Counted from the stretch's first letter, positions 21,401 through 30,061 are shown. The stretch: DNA of 64,000 nt from Acholeplasmataceae bacterium (GCA_963667565.1 OY763415.1:736001-800000), one strand, 5' to 3'. The notes: generated by a model from the sequence alone, not told the origin. Made by a program: numbers and translations.

Positions 21401-22928
21401 GAACATCATAAATATAACTTTCATTTGATGCACCTGCAATACTAGATACAAAAATACGATCAACATTTTGTATAAGATTGATATCTGCTGTTATAATGGT
21501 CATTTGAATAAAATTAATTGATGATATTTGACCAAAAAGCGCTGAAAATAATGCGTAAGATGCATAATCACACACGAAACTTGCTTGACTGATGGTTAAA
21601 TTGATTATGCTGTAATGATCTTCACTTCCACCTAATCCTTGATGGTTATATAATGTATTCCCACTGATGACATTACTTGTAAAAATACCATCAAAACTTA
21701 CTTCTGCAGCAACAAATGCATCTCTTGAGACTTGTCTCATATCGATGTCTGCATTTAAAATATATGTTGATGATCTAAAAAATCCAGATAATGTCAACAG
21801 ATGATTCATATAAATAAGATCTGTTGCATCAGTAATATATAAACTTTGATTAATGACTTCTAATCCTTGTAAGATTGGATATGTTTTATCAATGGTTAAT
21901 TGTGCTGCCTGATAAGGGTCATTACTTAAATCAACATATGAATCTTGGAAATACCAAGTTGTTGTAAAAATTGATGGGTTTTGGAAATCTTGTGTATGAA
22001 GTGGCGTAGCATATAGACTGCTTGAATCAGTATCGAGTAATATATCTTGATCATAATAAAGATGATCCACATTCCCTGTATTTTGATACATCATTAAAGC
22101 TGAAGTCAAATTTTGAGTGACTGATTGCGATTTTATATATGGCGATGCTATATAACTATTTGATACAGTACCTTGATTGACAGATACCAATCCAGAAATG
22201 ATAAAATCACCCTCAGCATTAATGCCTGCAGATGCTTCTCTTGTATCAATATAGTAAACATTTTCAAGTAATCCTTCATTTAGACCAACAAATGTTGATA
22301 CATGGGTCATAAGACCTAAGTCTAATGCTTGGACAATGAGAGGATTTATAAGTCCAAAGTTTTTAATAACAGCCGTTGGTGATGTCATTGAAAACATTGA
22401 ATAATAGATAAGACCTGACATATATTGATTATATGCATTTTCTGTATTGACACTTCTAAAAATAAGATTGGTAATTTCATAACCTTGCCCATCAAATGTT
22501 CCCGTGAAAGGTTGTTGAAAACCGATAGGAATAAAAAGATTATTCATAGAAATTTTTAGAGCATCAAAATAATCAATATCATTACCTAAAACATAATCAA
22601 GTGATAAATAGTCTGATTGATATGAACCTTTCGCATCAACAGATAGTTGATATAAATCAAGTGCAGTTTCAATGACATAGATTTTATTTGTATCAATAGC
22701 ACCAGGATTATTACTAATGGTTTCATAAGGTTCATAGACACTAACATAGTTAACATTTTCTAAAGGAGAAACACCTATGTCTTGACCTACCCATGCACTT
22801 GACTCTTGATAATTAATCGCTGTTGCTTGACTAAAATCAAAAAAACTGCTTGCATAAAATACTGCAGTTGCTAGAAACAATAATAAGATTGACTTTTTAA
22901 ATATTGTTGCTATTTTTGATTTTTTCAT
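15462..22928 (-). CDS. Giant secreted adhesin-like protein (GLUG/beta-helix-like repeats; three C-terminal CBM5/12-like repeats)
   Basis: N-terminal signal; YVLGNDID..PIG..FTGTFDGQGYEITNL; many N.G.I..(G/A)GI repeats; C-terminal Y..GD.(V/F).Y....(W/Y) x3; no C-terminal anchor. Confidence 0.75.
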   Translation of the reverse strand: MKKSKIATIFKKSILLLFLATAVFYASSFFDFSQATAINYQESSAWVGQDIGVSPLENVNYVSVYEPYETISNNPGAIDTNKIYVIETALDLYQLSVDAKGSYQSDYLSLDYVLGNDIDYFDALKISMNNLFIPIGFQQPFTGTFDGQGYEITNLIFRSVNTENAYNQYMSGLIYYSMFSMTSPTAVIKNFGLINPLIVQALDLGLMTHVSTFVGLNEGLLENVYYIDTREASAGINAEGDFIISGLVSVNQGTVSNSYIASPYIKSQSVTQNLTSALMMYQNTGNVDHLYYDQDILLDTDSSSLYATPLHTQDFQNPSIFTTTWYFQDSYVDLSNDPYQAAQLTIDKTYPILQGLEVINQSLYITDATDLIYMNHLLTLSGFFRSSTYILNADIDMRQVSRDAFVAAEVSFDGIFTSNVISGNTLYNHQGLGGSEDHYSIINLTISQASFVCDYASYALFSALFGQISSINFIQMTIITADINLIQNVDRIFVSSIAGASNESYIYDVHVDVDVILTADQESLGNLFVSGLISYGSSSIYQSTATGDIENIYVNDNERMTTNYVAGIISYATHLTLDHVISDIDIHGLSYQNTPTNTTYYGGVVGFANIESMDKVINTGNILTQVSGLVDQIYVGGIIAYQNDLAQSISYIYQNGDIDVKMFGPSNVYVAGYGYVTDQENDIDFLSISNHGEITLTPQATLSETILNQIDVYLSFGLITYQANGTIKGVFNLSYQNLDLSFIDYFAANVLALSQTNLTIEQSYQSGDLDFYTSQTLVNQNIYLSFNVYGTHLSLNHLRQENDISIYMNHNTSSTLSNAKFYINGLFLEASEGFYVTNGYQGGDISIEKDAGNHIAYDLYVSGMGYANRNQDIYTDLEIDPLSIDINSVDGTVDTMLNSGNILVNGNFDGHVKVAGIILYNESILTNAINLGNIEVYNDAQTANDQMEAAGIVYALISEYAQIRDAANNGDIKVASNSTLGYAHAAGIAVRNDKLENGNDISTGSNHQFSKIMFSINYGDVYAYNLTSESSYSITNETRSKAAGILGLGILSVVNNINYGNIYSRYLAAGIFGFMYYSKFDKINPDEVYVSNLINYGKIRQVTSYDPLTHAYTYSMSTTPPQTLPYAFGAVVGKIHTGTSTWAFAGNTQYPIDSIYFGYLLNFDAKINMFASAPPLSSNWQSIFNGSIDDANTVLVNMVQYMATTNPSDDSVEPFTYFYTGSGWVGSYIGQVIKYYDVSETDDGMFYELFPFRSPRPANAGTDQYIKDYIEYIPASKVNDSILNKLEADTTYDFPGIYALSSSLGINNGIFIPDNFDLSGLDPYDLDSAVADTSWIGDASTQSTVAYQLYSEMRQIKVSFATTIYNLDIVQTDVNGNVLASGLTLSNPVIDQERKMLTYYLPSNAAVLGSQSYQQLTVSRYIEVEDSYVTGARRVANLLTGDNALDGYTWVGTHKKVGDQMVEIGPYATTGRYNLTTYDSQPYDSSSRNTPVYDLTWATDAVDATNQVFTHEPHVKTTFLWWTFWDATGYRVNRTTANYGYGAYEAFSLSGYPTLYQYVGPSTEPVTYVLSANQSGVFVYPESGVYFKADTQDGSYTISDTASLQYNGTDDTSLITIPRSYGVYDSMYDSQGTYVDSVEDHYGSVRVYSQEYNQADTSTYQDYEIRIIRTANEDITDINSLLVNGVASLPQYYNVNNLTALNDLSYDTTGQNGIIRISYETYNVSNQFQLLPYIEVFDNNTGVKVYTSLYKLSQGEVITLNDFNNDTGQWGYGEATVVFEANEDFASGDYYIELTLLSGEIFRIHFSKQESANADVLQMTYQDEVIDISSNSYTSYIDYGMYYLSEQAATHVVNFTNLSSISHVYYDEVANELPSYLDGLVISNFAEISYVTFAVSLVDGYRHQYTIAYHLTAENGSTNVFNHYIIESALSQNPSAVYKNGGSLSLPVTNVNVLYQESPTIRVEYDFLNTYFATEDILTIDSSFTPLVAGEDALEGIDYFTNPISDIGYEIDLNQSTAKGSYFYQLSYDQVASVNGQTLTWHYTFNELQVTKLRNDNSHLKNVLFASDSVFDEVLDAFVTIIDIDEVTPTEYLAYFDEENPTSRIISVLPTSGIDYGTYESYQSYWIIGQVQETDLTAYMPTFYIPDGSSIYRVTDEANIDYTYQSTNLSADFTDFGTGESLNYIHYRIYAEDYNDYPTHYTDYYIAVQDATNNIKFDITVENDTQDLIEQVFVKVNIYQYASDFQGEMQYDDILVSMGLFSYYNQSSDSYDNNQFETSMYGFYVVYVDLPEGYSFEVEFEQSYIQDLVYLESSRIPRRYYVTIHIIEETPNSPSWGYQALFYYEAPAEPLDINHTYTDGDRFTYDGTTWIVISSSYTYDSNNPPGTGAWQGLQDASGIYSSVSTYEIGDIVYYIDRYYVALASYASYNNPISGLGDSWNEVSENWLSYNLYTTGDIVLYNGTYYISTASWNKGYQPDITTWAWQIYS

Positions 22929-22935
22929 TGAGCAC

Positions 22936-23622
22936 CTACACGGTAAAGAAACTGTTTTCTATACCCCATTTTTCATAAACTCTATTTGCCTGAACAATGT
23001 CAAATATCATATCAAAATATAAATAACATTCTTCATATAGTACTGCATTAGATCTTACTGGATATTGATTGCCACCATCAATGACATGAATCGTGACATC
23101 ATTAATACTTTGATTAACGATATCTGGATAATATACATAACCCTCTTGATCAAATAGTGGATTGCCAAAACTTGAATCAAACTTTAAATCTGAAAAAGGA
23201 TAGTATGGTAATTCTGTTTGATGATGATAAAGCGATTGAATGACTGGTGGAATTGGATTTTCTTCATTTTGATTGACATAATATGTTCCAAGTTCCCATT
23301 CCTGCTCAATTTTAAATCTGAATCTTGATGCAACAATGGGTTTTATTTTGAAATAAATATCTAAATTTTCAATAAAGTTTGTTGCTTGATCATCATAAGC
23401 ATTTACGATGACAACACCCTTATCCTGATCATAATATGGACTGTTATATGTCACAATTTGTCCATTAAAATAGACTAGCATTTCAACCTCAAAATCACCA
23501 GTAGATATGATGATGCCATGATCTTCAGAGACTTGAAAATATGCATAAGTTGTTACCATTAAAACAACAAACATCGAAATAAAGATAATGATAGATTTAA
23601 TCAAAAGTGATTTATGTTTCAT
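22936..23622 (-). CDS. SipW-dependent-type signal peptide protein (TasA/CalY-like minor subunit)
   Basis: Hydrophobic leader ending TTYA-YF. Confidence 0.72.
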   Translation of the reverse strand: MKHKSLLIKSIIIFISMFVVLMVTTYAYFQVSEDHGIIISTGDFEVEMLVYFNGQIVTYNSPYYDQDKGVVIVNAYDDQATNFIENLDIYFKIKPIVASRFRFKIEQEWELGTYYVNQNEENPIPPVIQSLYHHQTELPYYPFSDLKFDSSFGNPLFDQEGYVYYPDIVNQSINDVTIHVIDGGNQYPVRSNAVLYEECYLYFDMIFDIVQANRVYEKWGIENSFFTV

Positions 23623-24272
23623 CAGTTAAAATCTCCTTTGTCATTAATCATTAATATATTTAATTGCATGTTAAATACGACATCTAAATAAGCACTAGGA
23701 TCATCAAGTCCATCATAATCACCCCAAGCAACTATTTGAAAAGTCAGTTGATCTGCTTGAGATAAAGTATAACTGCTTATTTGATCTAAAACAGCTTGAT
23801 TTTGTACTGATATTGCATTTAATTGATCTTCTTTTGTCGGCATACCAGAAATGACTTGGTTAATATATGTTTCATAATCTGATGTTATAGGTGTACTTCC
23901 TATATTTAATCCTTCAAGAATGATGATATAAATAAGTCCATTTTCTGAGGGTTCATCAAGTGTGATTTGAAGTTTAGTCATTGGTGATTGATCATCTAAT
24001 ACAATATCAAAACGATGAGATGATGCCATGATGTTTAACATATGATTTTGTTGATTGATAAAATCATTTTGATAATCAACAAATGCTAAATCATCAAATG
24101 TAATTTGAGATGTTGCTGTTTGCTCATCTTTATATAGAGAAATAGACAAAACACCTGCATCAAACTGAGCAAGTGATTTTTGTTCTACGTATGTGAACCA
24201 TGCGTAAGTGACTGATACAATTGAAGTGACTAATAATAAGATGGATAATATCGTAATGGCATATCTTCTCAT
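23622..24272 (-). CDS. SipW-dependent-type signal peptide protein
   Basis: Leader ending VTYA-WFT; start MRRY at 24272 after GGAGGG. Confidence 0.75.
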   Translation of the reverse strand: MRRYAITILSILLLVTSIVSVTYAWFTYVEQKSLAQFDAGVLSISLYKDEQTATSQITFDDLAFVDYQNDFINQQNHMLNIMASSHRFDIVLDDQSPMTKLQITLDEPSENGLIYIIILEGLNIGSTPITSDYETYINQVISGMPTKEDQLNAISVQNQAVLDQISSYTLSQADQLTFQIVAWGDYDGLDDPSAYLDVVFNMQLNILMINDKGDFN

Positions 24273-24285
24273 ATTTCCCTCCAAT

Positions 24286-24392
24286 TAAAACAAAATAGCC
24301 GTTGATCTATATAATAGATGCAACTGGCTATCCGATTAAGGACCCTATAGCTTTGCGTCCCTAGATTACTCTAGGTTTGCCAAATGAGTAAG
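24286..24392 (-). ncRNA. Cyclic di-GMP-I (GEMM) riboswitch with overlapping terminator (operon-internal)
   Basis: Minus strand GGCAAACCTAGA-GTAA-TCTAGGGACGCAAAGCTATAGGGTCC..GGATAGCCAGTTGC, then ATAGCC..GGCTAT-TTTGTTTT. Confidence 0.92.
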
Positions 24393-24396
24393 TATG

Positions 24397-25044
24397 TTAT
24401 TGTTTTAATTTCTCTTCTTCGATGATTTGTTTTCTCATCTCTAATTTTAAATCTTCTAATTCTTTTTCATGTGCTTTTAATATATCTGTCTGTTTTTCTT
24501 TTTGATATGTTTTCATTAAATCAATAATTTCTGAAACCAATAGAATTGTTATAACGATAACGAGAGCAAAAAATATATAACTTCTATTAGATTGAACCAA
24601 TAGTGATATTGGTTTTAGAAATGTGATTTTTTCAACATATTGACCAACTAAATTATCTGATGTGATATATGCTTGAATTCCACTTTGGTCAGTTTGTGAT
24701 TCATTATCACCTTGAGTAATAAATCCTAAATCATTTTGATCTACAATTCTATGGACGATTAATATATCTAATCCATCTGCAGTTTTACCCTGATAAACGA
24801 TGACATCACCAATCGTTACATCTTGAATGTTAGCTTTATGCATGATATACATATCATTAACATTTAGTGAGTCTTCTTCTTCACCAATCATAGAATCAGT
24901 AGGTACTACACCTAATGCATATCCAAAGATAAACACAGGTTGATTATTCTTTATTGAGAGTGTTGCAGATATCATAATGCCAATCACTAAGATGACAGTG
25001 ATGAAACCTAAGATACTTGCAACCATTTTAATTATTTTTTTCAT
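24397..25044 (-). CDS. sipW: Signal peptidase I, SipW (ER/archaeal-type) family
   Basis: TM; catalytic Ser in TDSM; GDVIVY; catalytic His in IVHRI; TQGDN; C-terminal TM + coiled coil. Confidence 0.88.
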   Translation of the reverse strand: MKKIIKMVASILGFITVILVIGIMISATLSIKNNQPVFIFGYALGVVPTDSMIGEEEDSLNVNDMYIMHKANIQDVTIGDVIVYQGKTADGLDILIVHRIVDQNDLGFITQGDNESQTDQSGIQAYITSDNLVGQYVEKITFLKPISLLVQSNRSYIFFALVIVITILLVSEIIDLMKTYQKEKQTDILKAHEKELEDLKLEMRKQIIEEEKLKQ

Positions 25045-25052
25045 ATATGCTC

Positions 25053-25799
25053 CTAAGCAGATAATACCATGTTCACTGTTTGAATTTTTAGAGATTGACC
25101 CATAAAAATATTTGAATTTGTGTAAGGATCACCAAATGGATCAACACCATAAACAAATGGATCAAAATAGATGTCAAAGTATATCACTGTTGATGAAAAG
25201 TCATCAATATTGAGTGGAGCATCATTAATCAATTCATAATATGCATGAACTTCACCATCAAAAAAATCATTTTTATAATCAAGTGCATACGTATCTTTTA
25301 TGTCAGATGTCTCAACACCAGATATATTCATAAATGATACTTGAGTAACTTCATAACTAAACGCATTTTGTATCTTATTAACACTTGTTGCATAACCAAA
25401 AGAATTCACATTTGAAAATGAAAGTGACACATATCCTTGAGTAGTTCCTGTGTTATGAATCTTAATCGCAAAACTAAAACGTTCACCAGGTGCCACATAC
25501 CCATCAATTAAAGTCGTCTCAGTTGGATTTGGTATATATAAATATTTATCATACTCTAAAGCATCTGTCGTTGTATTATCAACCAGTGTTAGTGAAGTGC
25601 TTCCTTCATGCGTAGGATCATTATAAACATAAAACTCATATGCTGCTTCAATACCTGAAATTTGTGATATGAGATTTCCTTTATTGAGGTTTGTTACTGA
25701 AAACCATGCATAAGTTACTGTTGTAAGTAATAAAACAATAATGAGGACATAAATAGTTGTGAGCATGAATAACTTGTTTCTTCGATTTACTTTTTCCAT
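25053..25799 (-). CDS. SipW-dependent-type signal peptide protein
   Basis: Leader ending VTYA-WFS; APGE..F.I.I.N.G TasA/CalY-like motif. Confidence 0.78.
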   Translation of the reverse strand: MEKVNRRNKLFMLTTIYVLIIVLLLTTVTYAWFSVTNLNKGNLISQISGIEAAYEFYVYNDPTHEGSTSLTLVDNTTTDALEYDKYLYIPNPTETTLIDGYVAPGERFSFAIKIHNTGTTQGYVSLSFSNVNSFGYATSVNKIQNAFSYEVTQVSFMNISGVETSDIKDTYALDYKNDFFDGEVHAYYELINDAPLNIDDFSSTVIYFDIYFDPFVYGVDPFGDPYTNSNIFMGQSLKIQTVNMVLSA

Positions 25800-25817
25800 G
25801 TCATCACCCCTTTAATT

Positions 25818-27668
25818 TTATCCTTTTTGACTTAATTTTTTTTCATGACTTTCCTTTAACTTTTGTTGTTGTTTTATAATGCGCTGATCAGATTGTTTTT
25901 TAATTTTTGCTTCTTGATTTTCAAGTCTTTGTTTTTCAAGTTTCAATTGTGTTTTAACTTTTTGATTAAGTCGTATTTGATCTCTTTTTTGTTTTGCTTT
26001 AATCTTTTTGATTTCTTGATCATAAAGCATTTTAGCCTTTTTCTTTTCAGCAGCAATAATCTTAATCTCTTCTGCTTTAACTTTTTTACGTGTCGCTGCT
26101 ATTTTCTCAGTGACTTTTTTATGTTCTTCACTCATGAGTTTCTTTTGAGCTGATACATAATCAAGATATGTTTTTAATGCTTCCTGATTTTCAGTCAAAT
26201 GTTGTCTTTCAATCTTAATTTTTTCTTCTACCTTAGCAAGTTCTGCCTCTTCTCTAATACGTTTTTTAGATTCTTTAGCAAAAGCTTTATCTAAATTTTC
26301 AATCTCTTTCATTAATCTTCGTTCAAGTCTAATTGATTGGTTATAATCAACTTCTTTAGTTTCTCTAATGATTCTTGCGATATGAAGTTTATCTTTTGTT
26401 TTAAGAATTTGATCTTCAGTCGTTTCTTTTATAAGTGATTTAAATAAATAATCATCATTTAGAACATGATCATTTAAATCAAAATAAGATTCATAGAGTG
26501 CATTTGTAATATTGATGGTATCTCTTAACGCTTTTTTTAATCCAACTTCATACGAAGAAGACTCATCTACATAAGCTTCGATTGAATCTTTAAATGTTTT
26601 CTTATTTTGTTCTAAGTAGTATTGATTAATCTTTGTATCTTCAAGTTCAATTTGCTGTGCATTATCAACTATTGTATCTAAATGCTTTTTAACAATTTTA
26701 GGACTTTTTTTATGATACTCACGTTCATCTAAATATTGATAATGATCTTCAAGTGCTTTTTGATTACCATAAATGGTAGTAAAAGTTTGAAGTGCGAGTT
26801 GATAAATATTTTTCATATAATAACTATCAAATGAAAGATTTTTTTCGTTGACTTCAGTATCAAAATCTAGTGTATTGTACTTATCTAAAAATAACCATAA
26901 TGTGTAGCAATTCTTATAATCAATGTTTTTTGTAATAATAGATGTTTGCATAATTGGAGGATAAACAGGTTTAGCATTTTTAAGTTCATCCATAAATTGT
27001 GTTTGTTTTAAGCTATTGATCTGTTTCAATAAATATTCTATGCGTTTTAGCAATGCATGATTTTCTTTATTAATACTTTCATCTTCTACATCTTCTTCAA
27101 TCACGACATTGAGATTAAGTTTAACTCTAGAATCTTGAATTTGGAATGCTGACTTTAAGTCAAAATGTTTTTTATCAAATGATTCAACATTTTTTTTAAC
27201 AATTTGGTATCTACGATCAATAAAGTCATATAATCGATCAACTAAAGTTTTAAAAAATCTATTCTCATAAATCGCATATTCAATTTCTGCATTTGTAACT
27301 AATATTCTTTTAGGGACAACATTTTGATTACGATATTCTTTAATTAAATGTGTGTTTGCTGCTAAATGTCTAACAGAATCACTATTCACACGCTTTGCTT
27401 TTTCAATCGCTGTAACTTCTTGTTCATAACGCAATCCTGATTTAGGTGAATTTGCTATTTTAAATAAACTCGGGAAAAATGATTCAATCGTCTGAATCCA
27501 TTCCTCATGAAATTTCTTAATTTCTGTAATGCTCTTTTGATAAATTTCATTATCTCCATCAAGAAGTGCAGAATAAAAATAGTTTGGAAAATCCTGATTT
27601 AACTCAATGTCATAATATGCATCATTGATGGCTTTATGAAATTTTCTTAAATCAGTTAATTTTTTCAT
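25818..27668 (-). CDS. DUF2357 (McrC-like N-terminal) protein with long K/E coiled-coil C-terminus, no visible nuclease
   Basis: Y.IYENRF.K.L and N.DY..CY.LW motifs; directly after McrB-like gene. Confidence 0.75.
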   Translation of the reverse strand: MKKLTDLRKFHKAINDAYYDIELNQDFPNYFYSALLDGDNEIYQKSITEIKKFHEEWIQTIESFFPSLFKIANSPKSGLRYEQEVTAIEKAKRVNSDSVRHLAANTHLIKEYRNQNVVPKRILVTNAEIEYAIYENRFFKTLVDRLYDFIDRRYQIVKKNVESFDKKHFDLKSAFQIQDSRVKLNLNVVIEEDVEDESINKENHALLKRIEYLLKQINSLKQTQFMDELKNAKPVYPPIMQTSIITKNIDYKNCYTLWLFLDKYNTLDFDTEVNEKNLSFDSYYMKNIYQLALQTFTTIYGNQKALEDHYQYLDEREYHKKSPKIVKKHLDTIVDNAQQIELEDTKINQYYLEQNKKTFKDSIEAYVDESSSYEVGLKKALRDTINITNALYESYFDLNDHVLNDDYLFKSLIKETTEDQILKTKDKLHIARIIRETKEVDYNQSIRLERRLMKEIENLDKAFAKESKKRIREEAELAKVEEKIKIERQHLTENQEALKTYLDYVSAQKKLMSEEHKKVTEKIAATRKKVKAEEIKIIAAEKKKAKMLYDQEIKKIKAKQKRDQIRLNQKVKTQLKLEKQRLENQEAKIKKQSDQRIIKQQQKLKESHEKKLSQKG

Positions 27669-27677
27669 ACAAAACCT

Positions 27678-29222
27678 CTAAAATTGTTTTTTAATTGTTG
27701 TTAAATAGCTTTGGCATTCTACAAATCCATTTTTACCAAATAAGCGATCTAGTAAAACTGATAATTCATTAATTTCATTTTGTAAAAAAGGTAGATTTAA
27801 ACTTTCGAATTTTCTTAATATTTTTCTTGCTACCATATAATCCAACGCTTCAGTTTCACTACCACCACAAGCAACGTAAACAGGAACAAATGCTCTGATT
27901 TGTTTCATGATACGATTACCGAATGTGACTTTAAAATTTTCAGTTATGAACTTATCTAATTTTTCTAAGTTTTGAAGTGATTTTAATGTAAGAGGATGTT
28001 CTTTTAAAGCTAATCTAAATAATTCATTTAAATAATCATTTGAAATATTAACAGGTTCTGTTAAAGGTGCATCAATAAACTCTGATTTTGTATTAATTTC
28101 AATAGGTGTTGCACGGTCATAAACTTTATCTGTAATGGTAAATGTTGAATCATCTTTATTAGCTGTTCCAATAAACCATACATTTTGAGGTAATAAAATC
28201 TTACCTTTTTGAATATGAATTGGATCATTTTCTTGCGTATCAGGAACAACATCAATAAACCATTGTTCTGGATCTGGCATTTCAAGTAACGATAGAAACT
28301 CTGCAAAGTAGTATTCAACTCTCGCTAAGTTCATTTCATCTAAAACGATGAAATTAGGATCACTACGATATGTCGTCTCATAAATCGATTCTAAAAATTC
28401 AGTTTCATTGAATTTTTTAGTAAACTCATTTAAGTATCCCATCATTTCAGCGCGATCACGCCATGAAGGTTGAACGGCAATAATATGAGAATCATGTCCA
28501 AAAAACTTACCCATTGCATAAGGTAGAGAAGTTTTCCCTGTCCCTGAAATCCCTTCAAGAATCATTGTCTTTGAAGATGCCATACCTGCAAAAAATGCAG
28601 AGATAATTTTACGATTATAGAATAGACCAAGTTGAGATGCTGAAAAGTTAATAAAACGTGTAACGATTTCATTTAAATTAAGCATATCCTCTTCGCGCAT
28701 AAATATTTGAGTCACTTGATTTTCATACTCTCTATCTACACGTTTAAGCTTAACAAATCTAGAAGGTTCTTCAATTGCTTGCTTAGCTTTATCTTCTTCT
28801 CTATCTTCATCCTCATAGGATTCACCAGATGGGTTGATACCTAAGTTTGACACTTTAAGTGCCAATATTTTATTTCGTTCATCGACAAGTTCAACAGTCT
28901 TTTGATTAAGAAATGCGATTTCTTCTAATAATTCATCTTTTTCAATTTCTCTTCCAATAAATCGTACATATTTGCTAATCCATTGATAAAGTTTTAATAC
29001 TAAAAAAGTGATTAAAGCTAGGTTGACGATCAATATGACAAATCCAATGATCCAATCTATCACAGTAAATTCTTCAGATGCAATTGAAAATCGTTGGAAA
29101 TATTGAATAAAATCAGCAACAAAGAAATTTGCAATCGCTTCGAAAATTTGTTTGAAAAATTCTCCGATATTAGCAAAAAATTGTCTGATAAATTCAATAT
29201 AGAATCTTGCAAATTCTACCAT
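27678..29222 (-). CDS. Membrane-anchored McrB-family AAA+ NTPase
   Basis: N-terminal amphipathic + TM + coiled coil; Walker A GISGTGKT; VQPSW.D; Walker B VLDEMNLAR.EYYF; GTANKDDST (McrB NxxD-type); KVYDRA. Confidence 0.88.
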   Translation of the reverse strand: MVEFARFYIEFIRQFFANIGEFFKQIFEAIANFFVADFIQYFQRFSIASEEFTVIDWIIGFVILIVNLALITFLVLKLYQWISKYVRFIGREIEKDELLEEIAFLNQKTVELVDERNKILALKVSNLGINPSGESYEDEDREEDKAKQAIEEPSRFVKLKRVDREYENQVTQIFMREEDMLNLNEIVTRFINFSASQLGLFYNRKIISAFFAGMASSKTMILEGISGTGKTSLPYAMGKFFGHDSHIIAVQPSWRDRAEMMGYLNEFTKKFNETEFLESIYETTYRSDPNFIVLDEMNLARVEYYFAEFLSLLEMPDPEQWFIDVVPDTQENDPIHIQKGKILLPQNVWFIGTANKDDSTFTITDKVYDRATPIEINTKSEFIDAPLTEPVNISNDYLNELFRLALKEHPLTLKSLQNLEKLDKFITENFKVTFGNRIMKQIRAFVPVYVACGGSETEALDYMVARKILRKFESLNLPFLQNEINELSVLLDRLFGKNGFVECQSYLTTIKKQF

Positions 29223-29244
29223 ATGAATCCCCTTCTAACTTTTT

Positions 29245-29958
29245 TTATGACTTGTTTTTTTCGTTTTCTAATTCTTTAAGTATTTCGGCACGCATTTTTT
29301 CTTTTTCTGCTTCTAAACTTAATTTTGCATTTTCTTTTTCTAAAGCAAATTTTTCTTCTAATTTGTCTTTGTTGATACCAATAAGATTACGTGCTAACAT
29401 GACACCTTCAAAAGCTAAGAGTAATACAACTGGCAAAATGATGAATACTGCAAATCCTGTTGGTGTTTGTAAATAATCTAATGCATTTCCAAAACCTACA
29501 AGTTTATCGCCATGATAAATCGCAAGTACATCTTCAATATTAACTGGTTGATCAGGAGATGTGTTATTGTTGTTAGATATGTAATTATAATCAGCTTGTG
29601 TAATCAGATAACCTTCTGCTGCATTGATTTCTACAATTCTATGGGTATTAAACTCATGAATCGTTGTATCAAAATATGTAACAACATCACCTACTTGTAA
29701 CAAAGCTCTACTTTGATCATTAAGCATCGTCACAAATAATAAGTCACCTTTTTGAAAAGAATCTTCTAAATCACCATACATCGAATTAGATTGTACAGCG
29801 AGCATACCTTGATTAAATATATTTGCAATATTATCTTCTCTTTTGACCTTCATGTTGGCAAATGAGAAAACTAATAAGAAAACAATGACAACGTAGAAAA
29901 TAACATTTAAAACGATGCTCATTGCTTTTTTTAATTTTGATTGTTCTTTAGTCTTCAT
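29245..29958 (-). CDS. sipW: Signal peptidase I, SipW family (second copy)
   Basis: TM; VQSNSM; KGDL; GDVVTY; THRIV; C-terminal TM + coiled coil. Confidence 0.85.
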   Translation of the reverse strand: MKTKEQSKLKKAMSIVLNVIFYVVIVFLLVFSFANMKVKREDNIANIFNQGMLAVQSNSMYGDLEDSFQKGDLLFVTMLNDQSRALLQVGDVVTYFDTTIHEFNTHRIVEINAAEGYLITQADYNYISNNNNTSPDQPVNIEDVLAIYHGDKLVGFGNALDYLQTPTGFAVFIILPVVLLLAFEGVMLARNLIGINKDKLEEKFALEKENAKLSLEAEKEKMRAEILKELENEKNKS

Positions 29959-29979
29959 TTCGTTCTCCTTTGGTGTGTC

Positions 29980-30039
29980 TCTAGTTTAATCCAATGAAGG
30001 ATTGGTAAGTGTGTGGGTTGCACACACTTACCGACTAGA
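29980..30039 (-). other. Intercistronic multi-stem RNA structure without U tract
   Basis: 12-bp perfect hairpin 30004-30032, 5-bp hairpin 29988-30003, closing TCTAGT/ACTAGA. Confidence 0.65.
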
Positions 30040-30061
30040 ATGAATTATGTCAATTTAGAAA

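Noticed and set aside
25818..29222. Ordinary McrBC restriction system or inserted defence island
   Set aside because: No DNA-recognition domain or nuclease motif is visible, a TM anchor is present, and the genes are seamlessly embedded in the operon. Kept only as an alternative hypothesis.
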